NCBI RefSeq assembly: GCF_004010195.1
Contig: NC_057718.1
Coordinates: 34,995,376-35,059,375 of the forward strand
Length of the DNA: 64,000 nt
Origin: Chiloscyllium plagiosum
Taxonomy: Eukaryota
Direction: 5' to 3'
Shown here: piece after piece, positions 1 to 13,630 of the stretch
Layout of the letters: every line of letters begins with the position of its first letter
How positions within the stretch are numbered: position 1 is the stretch's first letter
Position numbers and translations under genes: made by a program
The notes under the pieces: model-generated
Databases searched by the model: none
The model's input: only the letters and a program-made list of their open reading frames with translations
What the model was told of the DNA's origin: nothing

Positions 1-29
1 TATTTTGGGGGCGAGTAGCAGAATGAGTT

Positions 30-450
30 GTGAGTTGGCTTCAGTATAGAAAGCTGAGAGTGGGAGGAAAGGTTAATGATTCAGAATGGCAGAAGGTAGG
101 TAGCTGCCATTCAACAAGAATCAGTTCTGGATTACTGCTGCTTACAGTTTACAATAACAATTTCGATTTTCAAAGACAAATACAATCCCTAAACTTGCAG
201 ATGACATCAAACTAGGAGAGAGCCAACACTGAGGATGGCTGCAAGAATTTACGGAAATGTTTTAATAACCTCACAAAGTGGGCAAGAATTGGTCAATGTT
301 GCTCAATACAGATAATTGCTAGTTAGTACATTTTGTTAGGATGGATAGGTAGATCATATGCTAGTTGGAAGATATATGTTTAGCTGGAATAGAGGAGCAA
401 AGCCATTTGAAGTTACACCATATGTCAGCAACTCGATAAAATGGCAAACT
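30..450 (+). mobile_element. Highly decayed CR1-clade LINE reverse-transcriptase fragment
   Basis: Broken frames resemble WxxVxSGVPQGSVLGPLLF and KFADDTKLG (cttgcagatgacatcaaactagga), as in younger CR1 copies in this window. Confidence 0.7.
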
Positions 451-507
451 ATTTTAGTCTGTAACCCAGTAATATGTCCTACTCTACAGACTCATGATGC
501 ACATTAT

Positions 508-649
508 ATAAAAGCAAATTACTATGGATGCTGGAATCTGAAACCAAAAGCTCTGACAAAGGGTCAGTTAGACTCAAAACATCAGCTCTTTTCTCTCCTT
601 ACAGATGCTGCCAGACCTGCTGAGATTTTCCAGCATTTTCTCTTTGGGT
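508..649 (+). mobile_element. Penelope terminal-repeat (pLTR) mini-insertion with decayed hammerhead motif
   Basis: agct-CTGACAA-a-gggtc/gactc-AAAA-catc-agct followed by gatgctgccagacctgctgag; flanked by tcatgat(g/a)cacattat at 492-507 and 650-665. Confidence 0.75.
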
Positions 650-1099
650 TCATGATACACATTATTCCACAATAAATCACATTTTTAAGACTAGTTGAAT
701 GTATCTTATTTTCTGAGCATTGCACTGTATAGAAAATGCTTTGACATTGCTATGGGTTGGCAATCTAACTTTGTGAAATCTCAAATTAGTAAATTTGGCT
801 AACAACAGCTAAATCTTGAACAATTTACTGATCAAGAAAGGACTTTTTTGTCCACAAATCCAACACAAATCACTTCTGACCTCATCAGGCTACTCCCTGA
901 TATTGGAAGAACTTATCAATAAACTGATTGTACTCATTCTTTCTATTTATCAAGCACATCCTTCACTTTTTTTAAAATCCTATCATGTACTTGTTTTGAG
1001 TTATTGCACTTCATTCAACATCTCCTACAGTAAACTCAAACTTCTTTGCCTGCTGCATTATTCAGCTTACTCTAAAGAGTCAGTCTGATAAATGAAGAA

Positions 1100-1269
1100 G
1101 TATATTTAAGACTGCGATGGATATGTTCTTGAGTATCAAGTGGATCAAGGGTAACGGGGAGGGCGCAGGAGAATGGGGTTGAGAAATTTATCAGCCATGA
1201 CTGAATGGCAGTGCAGACTCGATGGGTTGAATGACCTAATTTCTGCTCCTATGTCTTATGGTCTTATGG
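1100..1269 (+). mobile_element. CR1 LINE 3' end with tcttatgg tail
   Basis: Matches the reverse complement of the 3' end at 34695-35031; ends gtcttatggtcttatgg. Confidence 0.75.
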
Positions 1270-1429
1270 AACACTAAATAAGTAATGCTGCTTCATAATA
1301 ACTTGGATTATAGATTGCATACAATACCATATTTCTGACCACAGAACAGCATGTTAAAACAGTCCAACAAACATGAGCACAGTCATCATGAACTGGGTAT
1401 ATTAAGATGTCTAGTATGGATCAGAGATT

Positions 1430-1826
1430 GCACTCACATCTCTCATTGAGAAACTAATGTGTTAGTGGACAAAGATTACATCTCAGTGCCATGTAGTACT
1501 GAGAAGGGCTGCATTATAAGAGGTACTATCCTTAGAAGAGACTTTAAATCAAGGTCCTAATCCACCCTTTTAAACGGTTGTAAAAGATCCACAAGCCACA
1601 AGAGTAGCGAGCTTTCCCTGTTGTTTGGATCAGTATTCATTGGCCAATTTATATCATGAAAACAGATTATCAGGTCATAGCTGTTTACTCTTTGTGAAGG
1701 TTTGCTGAGCACAGTTTGACAACCACATTTCCCACATTGTACAAGTGACTAAGATTCAAAAGGATTTCAGCAGCTGTTAAGTCTTTGGGGTGTGTTGAGG
1801 TTGCAAAAAGTATAAATACAAATCTA
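1430..1826 (+). mobile_element. Ancient DeuSINE (SacSINE1-like)
   Basis: Deu-domain-like run: gtactgagaagggctgca...gtaaaagatcc...aaaacagattatcaggtcat...; related copies near 25075 and 53400. Confidence 0.65.
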
Positions 1827-2155
1827 ATTTTATTTCAACGTGTATATTGTTTTTACTTATTTTCTCTCATGAATTTTTCATCTCCAACCCTGAAGCCTTG
1901 AATCCTTGCTGAGTTATGGTTTTACATGCTGATAGAAGCTTTCCATTACCTTACTCAAGTCATCATCATTCACTTATAATCCTTGATGGTGACTGTTGGT
2001 TATTACTACCCTATAGGGGACTGTCGAGTCAAACCCATTCTTGTTCTATCTGGTCTCCAAACACATATACACTTTCAGGAGGGTTTACTGGTTAGCTACC
2101 AAGATAGGACAGAGGTATTGAGCTTTATTGCAGAGGCCCTTCAGTTAACTTAGTT

Positions 2156-2441
2156 CATAGAATCCTGACAGGGCAGAAGCAGACCTTTCGGCACATTGAG
2201 TCCACACCAATCCTCCGAAAAGCACCCCATCCAATTCCTGTAACCCTATATTTCCCATGGATAATCCACTTAGCCTGCACATCATGGGACAATTTAGCAT
2301 GGCCAATCCACCTACTCTGCAGATCTTTGGACTTTGGGAGGAAATCAGAGCACCCAGAGGGGACTCATACAGTCACCCGAGGATGGAATTGAACCTGGGT
2401 TCCTGGCACTGTGAGACAGCAAAGCTAACCACTGAGCCACC
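2156..2441 (-). mobile_element. HE1-type tRNA-derived V-SINE, internally deleted
   Basis: Reverse complement of ggtggctcagtggttagc...ccaaagat...ggattggccatgctaaattg. Confidence 0.85.
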
Positions 2442-2585
2442 CTAGTTGAAAGCAACAAACTCCACACAGACCATTGCTCAAATTCCATTTGGTCTTAAAT
2501 ATCAATGTGCCAATAGATTGTCACTGTTGTATGATAGAAAACATAATTTTGAGCTGAACAAGAAAATCACTAGATTCGAGAGGTG

Positions 2586-2589
<4 letters not shown>

Positions 2590-2616
<27 letters not shown>

Positions 2617-2621
2617 AAAGA
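2590..2621. repeat. (GA)n microsatellite
   Basis: agagagagagagagagagagaaagagaaag. Confidence 0.9.
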
Positions 2622-3838
2622 AGGACTTGGCTTTTATCAAAAGTTTTTATGACCATTGGTTGTCTCAGAGCACTTCTCTGGCAGGTAAATGCTGGGAATT
2701 AAGATTCCATTGGTATGTAACCCACCCTCAATCCTCCTTGTTTGTGAATCTGTCTGTTGAAGGGCATAAAATTCTGCCCAGCTTTAAAATTTTATTCCAT
2801 GAATTTGTGCAAAAACAAGACATACTCCAAGATGAGATATTCTGAAATACTTTTGCCATAAAATGACAATGTGTGGTGAAGTAGGAAACACATTCAGCTT
2901 TATTTTTCACAATCAAATTAAGCAAGAGTCAGACAATTGTGCAATTGATTGAAAACAATCTGAACAAGATTGATCATGCATTCAAAAGCACAGTAACCTT
3001 GTGATTTTATTCATTGAATTACAAAGGCAAAGCATGAAGTCTCAGAAACCTTGAAGGACATTTCAAATATTATTTTAGTTAAATAATAAAAACTTTACAT
3101 GCCTGGACTAAGCTCAGTTTCAAAGTAGCATCTTGGCATTTTGTCAGACAGCAATGCATTGCTAACCTTAACCTTTAAGCAGTTGTAAGAAAAGATATAT
3201 TGTTTGTCAAATATTCTTGTAGGAAATTTGTTTGAAAAAAAAGTATTAATCCACACTTGTTACATATTTCAGCTCTAATTAATGTGGGGGATGACAGAGA
3301 AGGGAATGGAACATGTTTTCACTTGTCACTGACAGAATGATGATATTTGTGTTCAAGTTTGATCTTAGGCCAGCAAATCTGGTTGTAAAACTAACATTGA
3401 ACTATTATCAAGGTCAGCAAACAAACCTCGGCAGACTGATCAAGGGACAACGGTTAATAACAACAATTATTAGGCTGGTGGATACAAAGGCCAACTTCCT
3501 CCACATCCTGTTACTACCAGGAACACAAGCTTACATCTTTCACCCAGAATGAATAACTTAGAATTGGTAATGGTAACCATGAAACTACAATCCCACCTGC
3601 CCCAGATATGTGTCATAAAATAACTGAAGGAGAGTCATGCCATTGGGCTCTCTACAGATGCTCCAAGACCTGTTAACTTTCTCCAGTCTTCCCTGTGCTT
3701 AAAAAATCTGCATCTCTCATGTAAACTTACTGCACAGTTACATTGCCTCTACACCTCTACACCTCTACACCCAATGGGCATGGAGGCTCATTGTGTCCAC
3801 CTACAGTTTCAACAAGGGATGACCCCTGATATCCAACC

Positions 3839-3882
3839 CCCTCTCTCTCTCTCACACACACACATAGCCACACACAAACACA
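3839..3882. repeat. Compound (CT)n(CA)n microsatellite
   Basis: ctctctctctctcacacacacacat...cacacaaacaca. Confidence 0.85.
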
Positions 3883-5032
3883 TACCTCATATGACTGCAG
3901 GAAACAGAAGATTGTTGCCTTCACCCGCTACTAGATTGAGAGGGATATAGTCAAATTCCTCCCATCTATTAAAATGGTAATTTAAACACTCTTTCTTCCC
4001 TTCAATTAGTCTAATAGGACTGCACATTTAATGATTCGAGTTTAACCTTGCAACACTTTGAATTGTGCGACTGTTTTAACAGCAGATGCAAAGAGCAATT
4101 TTGCAATAGATAATGTCTAAAATTGTTGATTAAAGTTGAGTTAACTTGTGTTTCAGGGAATGGATGCAACAGTGTTAATAAAGAAACATTTTGAATTTTT
4201 GAAAATATCAATGTGAAGTTTGATGAAACCTGCAGAAACGGATAGGTTTATGGAAATGATATCCTGTAATATTCATTTCCAGCAACTTAGAAGAGGATGA
4301 ACACATAGGCAGATCACTGGTATGAAACCCACAGCAACGCAGTACTAGATAGACATGTATACATTATCTTGCTTGAGGACGTGAACGTTTGACACAGCAC
4401 AATTGTAGACTAAATTTCCACTGCCCTCCCTCCCACATCACAAAATACTCTATAGCTAGAGGCATTGAACACTGAATGGAGCTATTGTTTGAATCAGCTG
4501 TGCTTCCCAGTCCTAATCCTGTGCAGTTGAATGCTATTCATTTGATATGCCTTAGTGTTGATTAAATCATCCCTTTTAGCAAATCATTTCCATCATGCAA
4601 AGCCTACTTAATTATACTGGATATCATCTGGTGCCTGACAACATTCTACCTGTAAAATAACCACATCCTAATTAGTGACCCACACTATTTGATAAATGTA
4701 ATCATTCTTTTGGTGACAGCAATGGCTGGCCCTCAATTTGAGGATGGTGCTTACTCGGGGTTCTGTAAACAAACCTCTGCAGACCGATCAGGGTTCTGCA
4801 TTTGATCTTCATGTGACTGAACAAACTGTTGTGTATGTACAGATCTTTGGCACAAGAGACAGAATGCTCCATGAGATAATGGGATGCTCAGTAGAGGAGT
4901 TCTTTTCTTCCCATCTCTGTCACTGCTCTGCCTTGTTGTTGTGATGTTGAAACTCAACAATCATGTAATGGCTTCATATTGATATGGCTGCAAATATATC
5001 TTGAGGAGAAGAGCTGAAAGTAACAGCTTGAA

Positions 5033-5432
5033 AATGGCAGCGTGGTGGCTCAGTGGTTAGCACTGCTGCCTCACAATCTAAGGTATCCAAGTCCAATTCC
5101 ACCTTCGGGTGACGGACTGTGTGGGATTTGCATGTTCTCCCCGTGCCTGCGTGGATTTCCTCTAGGTGCTCTAGTTTCCTTCCACAGTCCAAAGATGTGC
5201 AAGGTAGGTGGATTGGCCAGGGGAAATGCAGATTTACAGGGCTAGGATTAAGGGTTTTGTCTGGATGGGTTACGCTTTGGAGGGTCGGTATGGACTCAAT
5301 GGGCCAAATGTTTCAGATCTGGAAATGCCTGTATAGTATTTTTGCAATGAACTAACCTTTATCTTGTTTACCACCAAAGCCACACTGTAGCTTTATAGCC
5401 ACACTTCCACACTGTAGGGGATTCTACGATTC
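5033..5432 (+). mobile_element. HE1-type SINE with ~90 bp extra sequence in its 3' tail
   Basis: tRNA-like head ggtggctcagtggttagcactgctgcctcaca, central V domain, tail cacactgtaggggattctacgattct. Confidence 0.85.
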
Positions 5433-6344
5433 TTTAATAAAATTCAGATCAAAGTCAAGCACAGCACACTATTTAAGATCTACCTGAAAATCTTTATTCT
5501 ATCATCAATGATCAACTGCCCTCTGCTGTCAGTAGTCAATACCACCTAGATGGATTATTCTGTAATAGTTAGGAGAGTCAATGCCAATGTAAAGTACTCG
5601 ATCAATTGACACACCATTATATGGTTTGCCCTGAAGGAAACCTTTTGGTTGCAAAATCTTTCATGTAACATTGTAAGAACTAATAATCTGTACAGGCAAA
5701 TCCTGAATGTATGAAGCAGAATAGAAAGAGCACATAACCCCAGACTTAATCTGCAGGAACCAATAAATGAAAATAAAAACAAATGAGCATTTAGTATTTA
5801 TTTTGATCTCAAACTTGTACTGTAGGACTCCAAATGATTTTAGAAGACCATAACAAGTATCATTGGTCAAAGTGAATGGTAGACTAAAGTGTGTTTGTAA
5901 ATATACAATCTAATTACATCAGAAAGAAAAATCGCTGAGTATATTGCAGGTCACATCTCTGAAGTGAAATTTGCTCTGGACTTTAAGTTCCCTTCTATTT
6001 CTAAACAACGTTGATCCACATATAATTAAAAGTTGATTCTGTGTTGTTACAATATCTACAATGTGTTAGGAAACAAATGTTTTCACTCAGAGGATTACAG
6101 ATTAACTGTAGTAAAACAATAAACCAAACATTTTGCAAACTGTTTAAAATCATTAATAGCTTCTCCAGTCTCTTGGCAATGGCAATGTCTCCAATGTAAA
6201 CACAATCTGAACAAAAAATGAAATACTAAAGCATGCAAATTTAAGATCGTAATTTCTGTTAAGTTTAAAGAAATTTCCTTGTTCCACCACTGAATTCATG
6301 TCACGTGGAGCAATAAACTCGTCGCCACAACTTACAATTTGTGT

Positions 6345-6535
6345 GTTCATTGGGTTTGGCATCGCTGGAAAGACTAACATTTATTTTCTGTCCTTAATTT
6401 TCCTCAAAGTGAGCCGCCTTCTAAAGCTGTTGCCATTTGGTGAAGGTGCTTCCTGCTGCTAGGTATTAGAATTCCAACATTTTGATGATGAAGTCATAAA
6501 GTAATTTCAAGTGAGAATAGTGTATGATTTGGAGG
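6345..6535 (-). mobile_element. Old CR1/L2-group LINE 3' end
   Basis: Reverse-complement similarity to the 3'-end copy at 11325-11495. Confidence 0.55.
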
Positions 6536-6832
6536 CCACATGACCATTGGCATGGGCTGTGTGCTGATGAATTCACCTCCGGTTTCAGAAGTCTCTGTCA
6601 CACATGGTGGTCAGTGCACTGAGAAAAGTAATTAGAGGGAGACTTGCTTAGAGGAGGCATTGTGGCTGCTTTAACTGGTGATGTTGCTAAGAACATACTA
6701 CTCCTAACTATAAGATATAAATGTTAAGGTTAAGTTTTGCTCACCAAAACTGCTCCCTTTTCAGGAGGCATAATTGGAATTTGAATTTGCAATGTAACCA
6801 TGGTTGTTTGTAACCTCAATCCAACATGAAGG

Positions 6833-8862
6833 AGATGTCCAACACCTCCTCCTCTGTAATTTGGGCATTTTTCAAGATGTCACCATATATTTCCCTACAT
6901 TCTATATCTTCCATGTTCTTCTCCACAGTAAACTCTGATGCAAAATACTCATTTAGCATCTCCTGTGGTTCCACACATTAGCCGCCTTGCTGATCTTTGA
7001 GGGGTCCTATTATCTCCCTATTTACCCTTTTGTCCTTAATGTATTTATAAAATCCCTTTGGATTCTCCTTAGCCCTATTTCTCAAACTATCTCATATCCC
7101 CTTTTTGCCCTCCTCATTTCCCTCTAAAGTATGTTCCTATTGCCTTTATACTCTTCTAAGGATTCATACAATCTATCCTGATATATGCTTCTTCTTTTTC
7201 TTAGCCAAACCCTCAATTTCTGTAGGCATCCAGCATTCCCTACACCTACCAGCCTATCCTTTCATGCTAACAGGAATACATTGTCTCTAGACTCTTGTTA
7301 TCTCATTCCTGAAGGCTTCCCATTTTCCAGCCATCCCTTTACCTGGGAACATCTGTCCCCAATCAACTTTTGAAAGTTCTTGCTTAATACCGTCAAAATT
7401 AGCCTTCATCAAATTTAGAACTACAATTTTTAGATCTGGCCTATCCTTTTCCCTCACTTTTTAAAAACTAATAGAATTATGGTCGCTGTCCCCAAAGTGC
7501 TCCCCACTGACACTTCAGTCACCTAACCTGCCTTATTTCCCAAGATTAGGTCAAGTTTTGCACCTTCTCTAGTAGGTACATCCACATACTGAATCAGAAA
7601 ATATTCTTGTACGTGTTTAGCAAATTCTTCTCTATCTAACACTATGGCAGTTCCAATCTATGTTTGGAAATTTAAAATCCCATACCATAACCACTCTATT
7701 ATTCTTACACATAACTGAAACCTCCTTACAAATTTGTTTCTCAATTTCCCACTGACTATTAGGGATCTATAATACAATCCCAATGAGGTGATCATTCCTT
7801 TCTTATTTCTCAGTTCCACCGAAATAACTTTTCTGGATGTATTTCCGGGAATATCCTCCCTCAGTACAGCTGTAATGCTATCCTTATCAAAAACTCCACT
7901 CCCCCTCCTCTCTTGCCTCCCTTTCTGTCCTTCTAGCACTTGTATCCTGGAATATTAAGCTGTCATATTAAGCCGTCAGTCCAGTCAATCCCTGAGCCAT
8001 GTTTCTGTAATTGCTATGATATCCCAGTCCAATGTCCCTAACCATGCCCTGAGTTCATCTGTCTTCTCTGTTAAGCCTCTTGCATTGAAGTAAATGCAGT
8101 TCAATTTATCAGTCCTACTTTGTTCCTTCCTGCCTTGACTGTTTGACTTCCTCCCTTTCCCACTGTACCAGTCTCAGATTGATCTCTTTTCTCATCATAT
8201 TCCTGGGTCCCAACAACACCCTCCCACCCCCCACCTTATGATTTAAATCCTCATGAGCAGCTCTAACAAATCTCCCAGCCAGTATATTAGTCCCCTTCCA
8301 ATTCAGGTGCAATCCATCCTTCTTGTACAGGTTACGTCTACCCCAGAAGAGACTCCAACGATCCAAAAATGTGAACACTTCTCCAATACATCAGCTCCTT
8401 AGCCATGCATTCATCTGTTCTATCCTCCTATTCCTTCCCTCACTAGCTCGTAGCACCGGGAGTAATCCAAATATTACTACCCTCGATGACCTCTTTTTTA
8501 AATTCCTGCCCATTTTTCCATATTCTCCCTTCAGAATCTCATCCTTTTCCCTTCCTATGTCATTGGTTCCAAGGTGTACAATGCACTCCTGCTGGTCCCA
8601 CTCCCCTTTGAGAATATTCTACACCCTTTCTGAGGTATCCTTTATCCTAGCACCAGGGAAGCAACACACCATTCAGATTTTTTGCTGCTGGCCACAGAAA
8701 CGTCTGTCTGTGCCTCTGAATAGAGAGTCCCTTATCACAATCAATCATTTGGAACCTGATGTACCCCTCATTACATTAGAGCCAGTCTCGATACCAGAAA
8801 CTTGGCTGTTCTTGCTACATTCCCCTGACGGTCCATTACCCCCTACATTTTCCAAAACAGCA
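6833..8862 (-). mobile_element. Inverted 5' part of a CR1 (HER1-like) LINE: ORF1 esterase-like domain, APE endonuclease and linker; disrupted
   Basis: Minus-strand peptides DGLHLNWKGTNILAGRF (SGNH esterase-type ORF1) and VELRNKKGMITSLGLYYR (APE). Confidence 0.9.
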
Positions 8863-10568
8863 CTTGAAACACATAAAAGTGGATAAATCCCCAGGACATG
8901 CTCAGATGCACCCACAATCTCAGTGGGAAGTTAGGGAAGTGATTGCTGGCCCCCTTGCTGAGATATTTGTATCATCGATAGTCACAGGTGAGGTGCCGGA
9001 AGACTGGAGGTTGGCTAACGTGGTGTCATTATTTAAGAGAGGTGGTAAGGAAAAGCCAGGGAACTATAGACTGGTGAGACTGACATTGGTGGTGGGCAAG
9101 TTGCTGGAGGGAATCCTGAGTGACAGGATTTACATATTTTTGGAAAGACAAGGACTGATTAGAGATAGTCAACATGGATTTGTGTGTGGGAAATCATGTC
9201 TTACAAACTTGATTGAGTTTTTTTAAAAAGTAACAAAGAGGATTGATGAGGGCAGAGCGGTGGACGTGATCTATATGGACTTTAGGTATTCCTGATGAAG
9301 GGCTTTTGCCCAAGATGTCGAATTTTCCTGATCCTTGGATGCTGCCTGAACTGCTGTGATTTTCCAGCACCACTGTACTCCAGAATCTATATGGACTTTA
9401 GTAAGTTGCTCGACAAGGTTCCTCATGGGAGACTGGTTAGCAAGGTTAGATCTCATAGAACACAGGGAGAACTAGCCATTTGGATACAAAACTGGTTCAA
9501 AAGTAGAAGACAGAGGGTGGTGGTGGAGGGTTGTTTTTCAGATGGAGGCCTGTGAGCAGTGGAGTGCCACAAGGATCGGTGCTGGGTCCACTGTTTTTCA
9601 CCATTTACGTTAATGATTTGGATGTGAACATAGGAGGTATACTTAGTAAGTGTTCAGATCAAACCAAAATTGGAGGTGTAGTGGACACTGAAGAAGATTA
9701 CCTCAGAGTACAATGGGATCTTGAGCCAATGGACCAGTGAGCTGAGGAGTGGCAGATGGAGTTTAATTTAGATAAATGCAAGGTTTTTGGAAAAGTAAAT
9801 CTTAGCAGGACTTATACACTTAATGGTAAGGTCCTAGGGAGTGTTGCTGAACAAAGAGACCTTGGAGTGCAAGTTCATAGTTCCTTGGAAGTGAAGTCGC
9901 AAGTCGATAGGATAGTGAAGAAGGCATTTGGTAGGCTTTCCTTTATTGGTCAGACTATTGAATACAGGGGTTGGGAGGTCATGTAGCGGCTGTACAGGAC
10001 ATTGTTTAGGCCACTTTTGGAGTATTGTGTGTAATTCTGGTCTCCTTCCTAACGGAAGGATGTTGTGAAACTTGAAAGAGATCAGAAAAGATTTTCAAGG
10101 ATGTTGTTAGGGCTGGAGGATTTGGGCTATAGAGAGAGGTTTAATAGGCTAGGGCTGTTTTCCCTGGAGCATCAAAGGCTGAGGAGTAACCTTACAAAGA
10201 TTTATAAAATCATGAGGGGCATGGATAGGGTAAATAGACAAGGTCTTTTCCTTGGGGTGGGGGAGTCCAGAACTGGAGGGCATAGGTTTTGGGTGAGAGG
10301 GTAAAGATATGAAAGGAACTTAAGGGGCAACCTTTTTCACACAGAGGGTGGTGCATCTATGGAAAGAGCTGCTAGAGGAAGTGGTGGAGGCTGGTACAAT
10401 TACAACATTTAAAAGGCATCTGGATGAGTAAGAATAGGAAGGACTTAGAAGAATATGGACCAAATGATGGTAATGGGACTAGATTAAGTTAGGACACCTG
10501 GTCTGCACGGACAAATGCGTTGAACTGGAGGGTCTGTTTCCATGTTGTACGCCTCCATGACTCTATGA
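8863..10568 (+). mobile_element. 3' part of the same CR1 LINE (RT domain to 3' tail); frameshifted
   Basis: VPEDWRLANV..KEKPGNYR, QHGF..GKSCLTNLIEFF, SGVPQGSVLGP; tail atgactctatga. Confidence 0.95.
9286..9384 (+). mobile_element. 99-bp Penelope pLTR mini-insertion inside the CR1 RT
   Basis: attc-CTGATGA-a-gggc-tttt-gccc-aagat-gtc-gaat; flanked by perfect 17-bp atctatatggactttag at 9269-9285 and 9385-9401. Confidence 0.9.
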
Positions 10569-11324
10569 TGCTGCCCTCCCACAATATCCTTACAATGATG
10601 GTCTTACTTGCCTGTATATGTCAAGTACTTTCTAATCTAAGAATGGATAAACAAGAAAGAGTTCAGTTTCAAAACTGCAGTTCTTCATTTAACAGTCCTG
10701 ATCTCAATGGGGTCAAAATGGTACAACATGGAATGTGCGTGTGCTCAGTGCATACAGCATTTGAACTGACAAGAGTTGCCAATCCTCCAGAAGTTTCCTT
10801 TGCGTTTATTTATTTTTTGTTGGAAACATTTGCTTCTTAATCATAAAAGTCTTGGAAATAGAAAAACATTGAGTTGGGGATGTGGTGGGCAGGAGATCAT
10901 GAAATATGAGTTAGTGACCTTAGAATTGACCTTTGTCTTGACTAGGCTACAAACTTGGAACAACTTTCTACTGAGGATTTAGCTGAGGATACCTAAACTA
11001 GTTGAGAGAAGCAGCTCTTATAATTCTGTCATAAAAAACAAGTTGTGATGGTGACAGAAACATTGACTAATTGTGTATTATGTACAACAGTGAGATGCAA
11101 GCAAACCTTTGATGGAAAATGATGGCCCACTTACAGAAACTGCCTTAAAAGATTTGAAAGCCATTCCCAGTCCTATCGCCTTTCATCTTACAAAAATTCC
11201 CGAGCTAGTCGGATCTGTTAGGAAGTTTGTAGCTGTCAGTGTAGCCATACAATTCTGTTTCACATGCATGCAGCTAAAGAAAACCTTTGCTACTTTAAGG
11301 AACAGTGTTTGTCAAGTCTTATCA

Positions 11325-11495
11325 GCAGTTACTGGGTCCAAATCCTGCATCACCCTTCCTAACAGTACTGTGGGAGGATCTATACCACATGGACAGCAAT
11401 GGTACAAGATGGCAATATGTCATTATCATTATCTCAAGGATAATTAAACATAGGCAGTAAATGTTGGCCCTACCAATGATGGTCATGTCCCTTGA
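11325..11495 (+). mobile_element. Old CR1/L2-group LINE 3' end
   Basis: actgggtccaaatcctg...cttcctaacagtactgtggg...gcagtaaatgttggcc. Confidence 0.6.
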
Positions 11496-12654
11496 ACATT
11501 ATGGAGCAGAGAAATGCTGGATACTCCTATACACTTTAGGAGCTACCATTTGAGGAACAATGCATGACTGTTACTCATTTTGCACAAATATTATTTTATT
11601 ATTAGTTCAGAAAATAATGTATAGGGTGTTTCCTCTGTTACTAGGGGTCTACAGGCATTGATGAAATTCCCTTGTATGTTATTCACCTTGTGTAATTGTG
11701 TAACTAATGCAGGATTGCTGCACTATGAAGGTATCCTGGCTGCTTCCTAGCAGATGCCTGCTTTGGAGTGCACTGGTGTTTGGGTCATCACATAGCATTT
11801 GACCACGAGTTGAGTGCAAACCATTTCTCTTGAGAAGACCTCAGAAGGAAAACCATGATGCTTTCATTTTTTTGCACCCATACCATATGTTGAAAGCATC
11901 ATGTTTCTATAAAGTCACTTCTGAATGAAAGTTTGGAAGTGTTTTCTCTTACAAACATGATGATTTATCACTGCCCTGTGTGACATGTGTGTACAGTGCA
12001 AGCTGCCTGATGTGGGAGTACTGCACTTGAATGGGCCATCTGGACAATCTAGGCTATACTCATTCTTTGGAATTCCTGTCCAAGTAGTACCAATCCTCTG
12101 CATTTTCCCCACAAATCCATTTTTTTTTGGTCTTTTTATGTGAAATTTCTCTTTAAAGCTTACTACTGAACCTACTCCAAGCACCCATTCAGACTATGTG
12201 TATTTCCTGAGATGATAAGCATTGCTATGAAAAAGCTAGGATGCTGGCTTTGGACAGGGAACATGAATTTATTCAGCATAATAAAAGAAGATGCTAATTA
12301 GTTGAATCATGGTTGTCTTGGAGACGCAGCAGACAGCAATTAACTCTCTTCATTCACTGATTAAATTCAAACCCAGCAAGCTGTCTCTGATTGGTCAGGA
12401 GATTGCCTTGGGGCTGCAGCAGGGATTGGCTGCCTCTTTGCTCTTTGAGATCTTTGAAACCTTTGCTCAATGTAAAAGATGCCGTGAACATTCTTTTATT
12501 TTCCACTAAAGAGCAGATAAATAATTGTTGCTTCAAGTATGTTTAAATGAATTATAGCATGAGTCTGACATAAATTGGTTTCTGGTCTATATTCACTGCA
12601 GTCAGGATTATTTAGCAAATATCCTCCAAATACAAAATCACATTCAACGTTGAA

Positions 12655-13630
12655 CATAGAATCATAGAGTAATAGAGATGTACAGCATGGAAATAGACCC
12701 CTCGGTCCAATTTATCCATGCCAACCAGATACCCTAACCTAATCACATCCCATTTGCCAGCATTTGGCTCATATCCCTCTAAACCCTTCCTATTCATTTA
12801 CTCATCCAGATGTGTTTTAAATGTTGTAATTGCATCAGCTCCGTCATTTCCACTGGCAGCTCATCCATTCACGCACCATTCTCTGCATGAAAAAGATACC
12901 CTTTTATACACTTAGGTCCCTTTTTTATCTTTGTCCTCTCACCCTAAACCGGGGTGGCACGGTGGCTCAGTAGTTAGCACTGCTGCCTCACAGCGCCAGG
13001 GACCCAGGTTCGATTCCAGCCCCAAACGACTGTCTGTGTGGAGTTTGCACATTCTCCCCGTGTCTGCATGGGTTTCCTCCGGTTGCTCCGGTTTCCTCCC
13101 ACAATCCAAAGATGTGCAGGTCAGGTGAATTGGCCATGCTAAATTGCCCATAGTGTTAGCTGCATTAGTCAGAGGGAAATGGGTCTGGGTGGGTTACTCT
13201 TTGGAGGGTCAGTGTGGACTGGTTGGGCTGAAGGGCCTGTATCCACGCTGTAGGGAATCTAGTCTAATCTAAACCAATGCCCTCTAGTTATGGGCTCCCC
13301 CACCCCAGTGAAAAGACCTTGTCTATTTATCATATCCATGCAACTCATGATTTTATGTGACACACCACTTGTCACAGGCCTCCAGTCTGAAAAGCAACCC
13401 TCCACCACCATCCTCTGTCTTCTCCCTTCGAAACAGTTTTGTATGCAAATGGCTAGTTCTCCCTGTATTCCATGAGATCTAACCTTGCTAACCAGTCTCC
13501 CATGAGGAATCTTGTTACCTTATATACCACATCTACTGATCCAACCTCATCAATCCTCTTGTTACTTCTTCAAAATAATTAATCAAGTTCATGAAACATG
13601 ATTTCCCATGTGCAAAGCCATGCTGACTAT
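12655..13630 (-). mobile_element. CR1 LINE fragments (3' end joined to an RT piece), split by an HE1 SINE
   Basis: Peptide RKGLEGYEPNAGKWD; tail catagaatcatagag; homologous to 50395-51561. Confidence 0.85.
12951..13268 (+). mobile_element. HE1-type SINE inserted in CR1 with 7-bp TSD
   Basis: Full head-to-tail SINE; ctaaacc at 12944-12950 and 13269-13275. Confidence 0.9.

Noticed and set aside
8323..8886. 187-aa plus-strand ORF
   Set aside because: Antisense shadow of CR1 ORF1.
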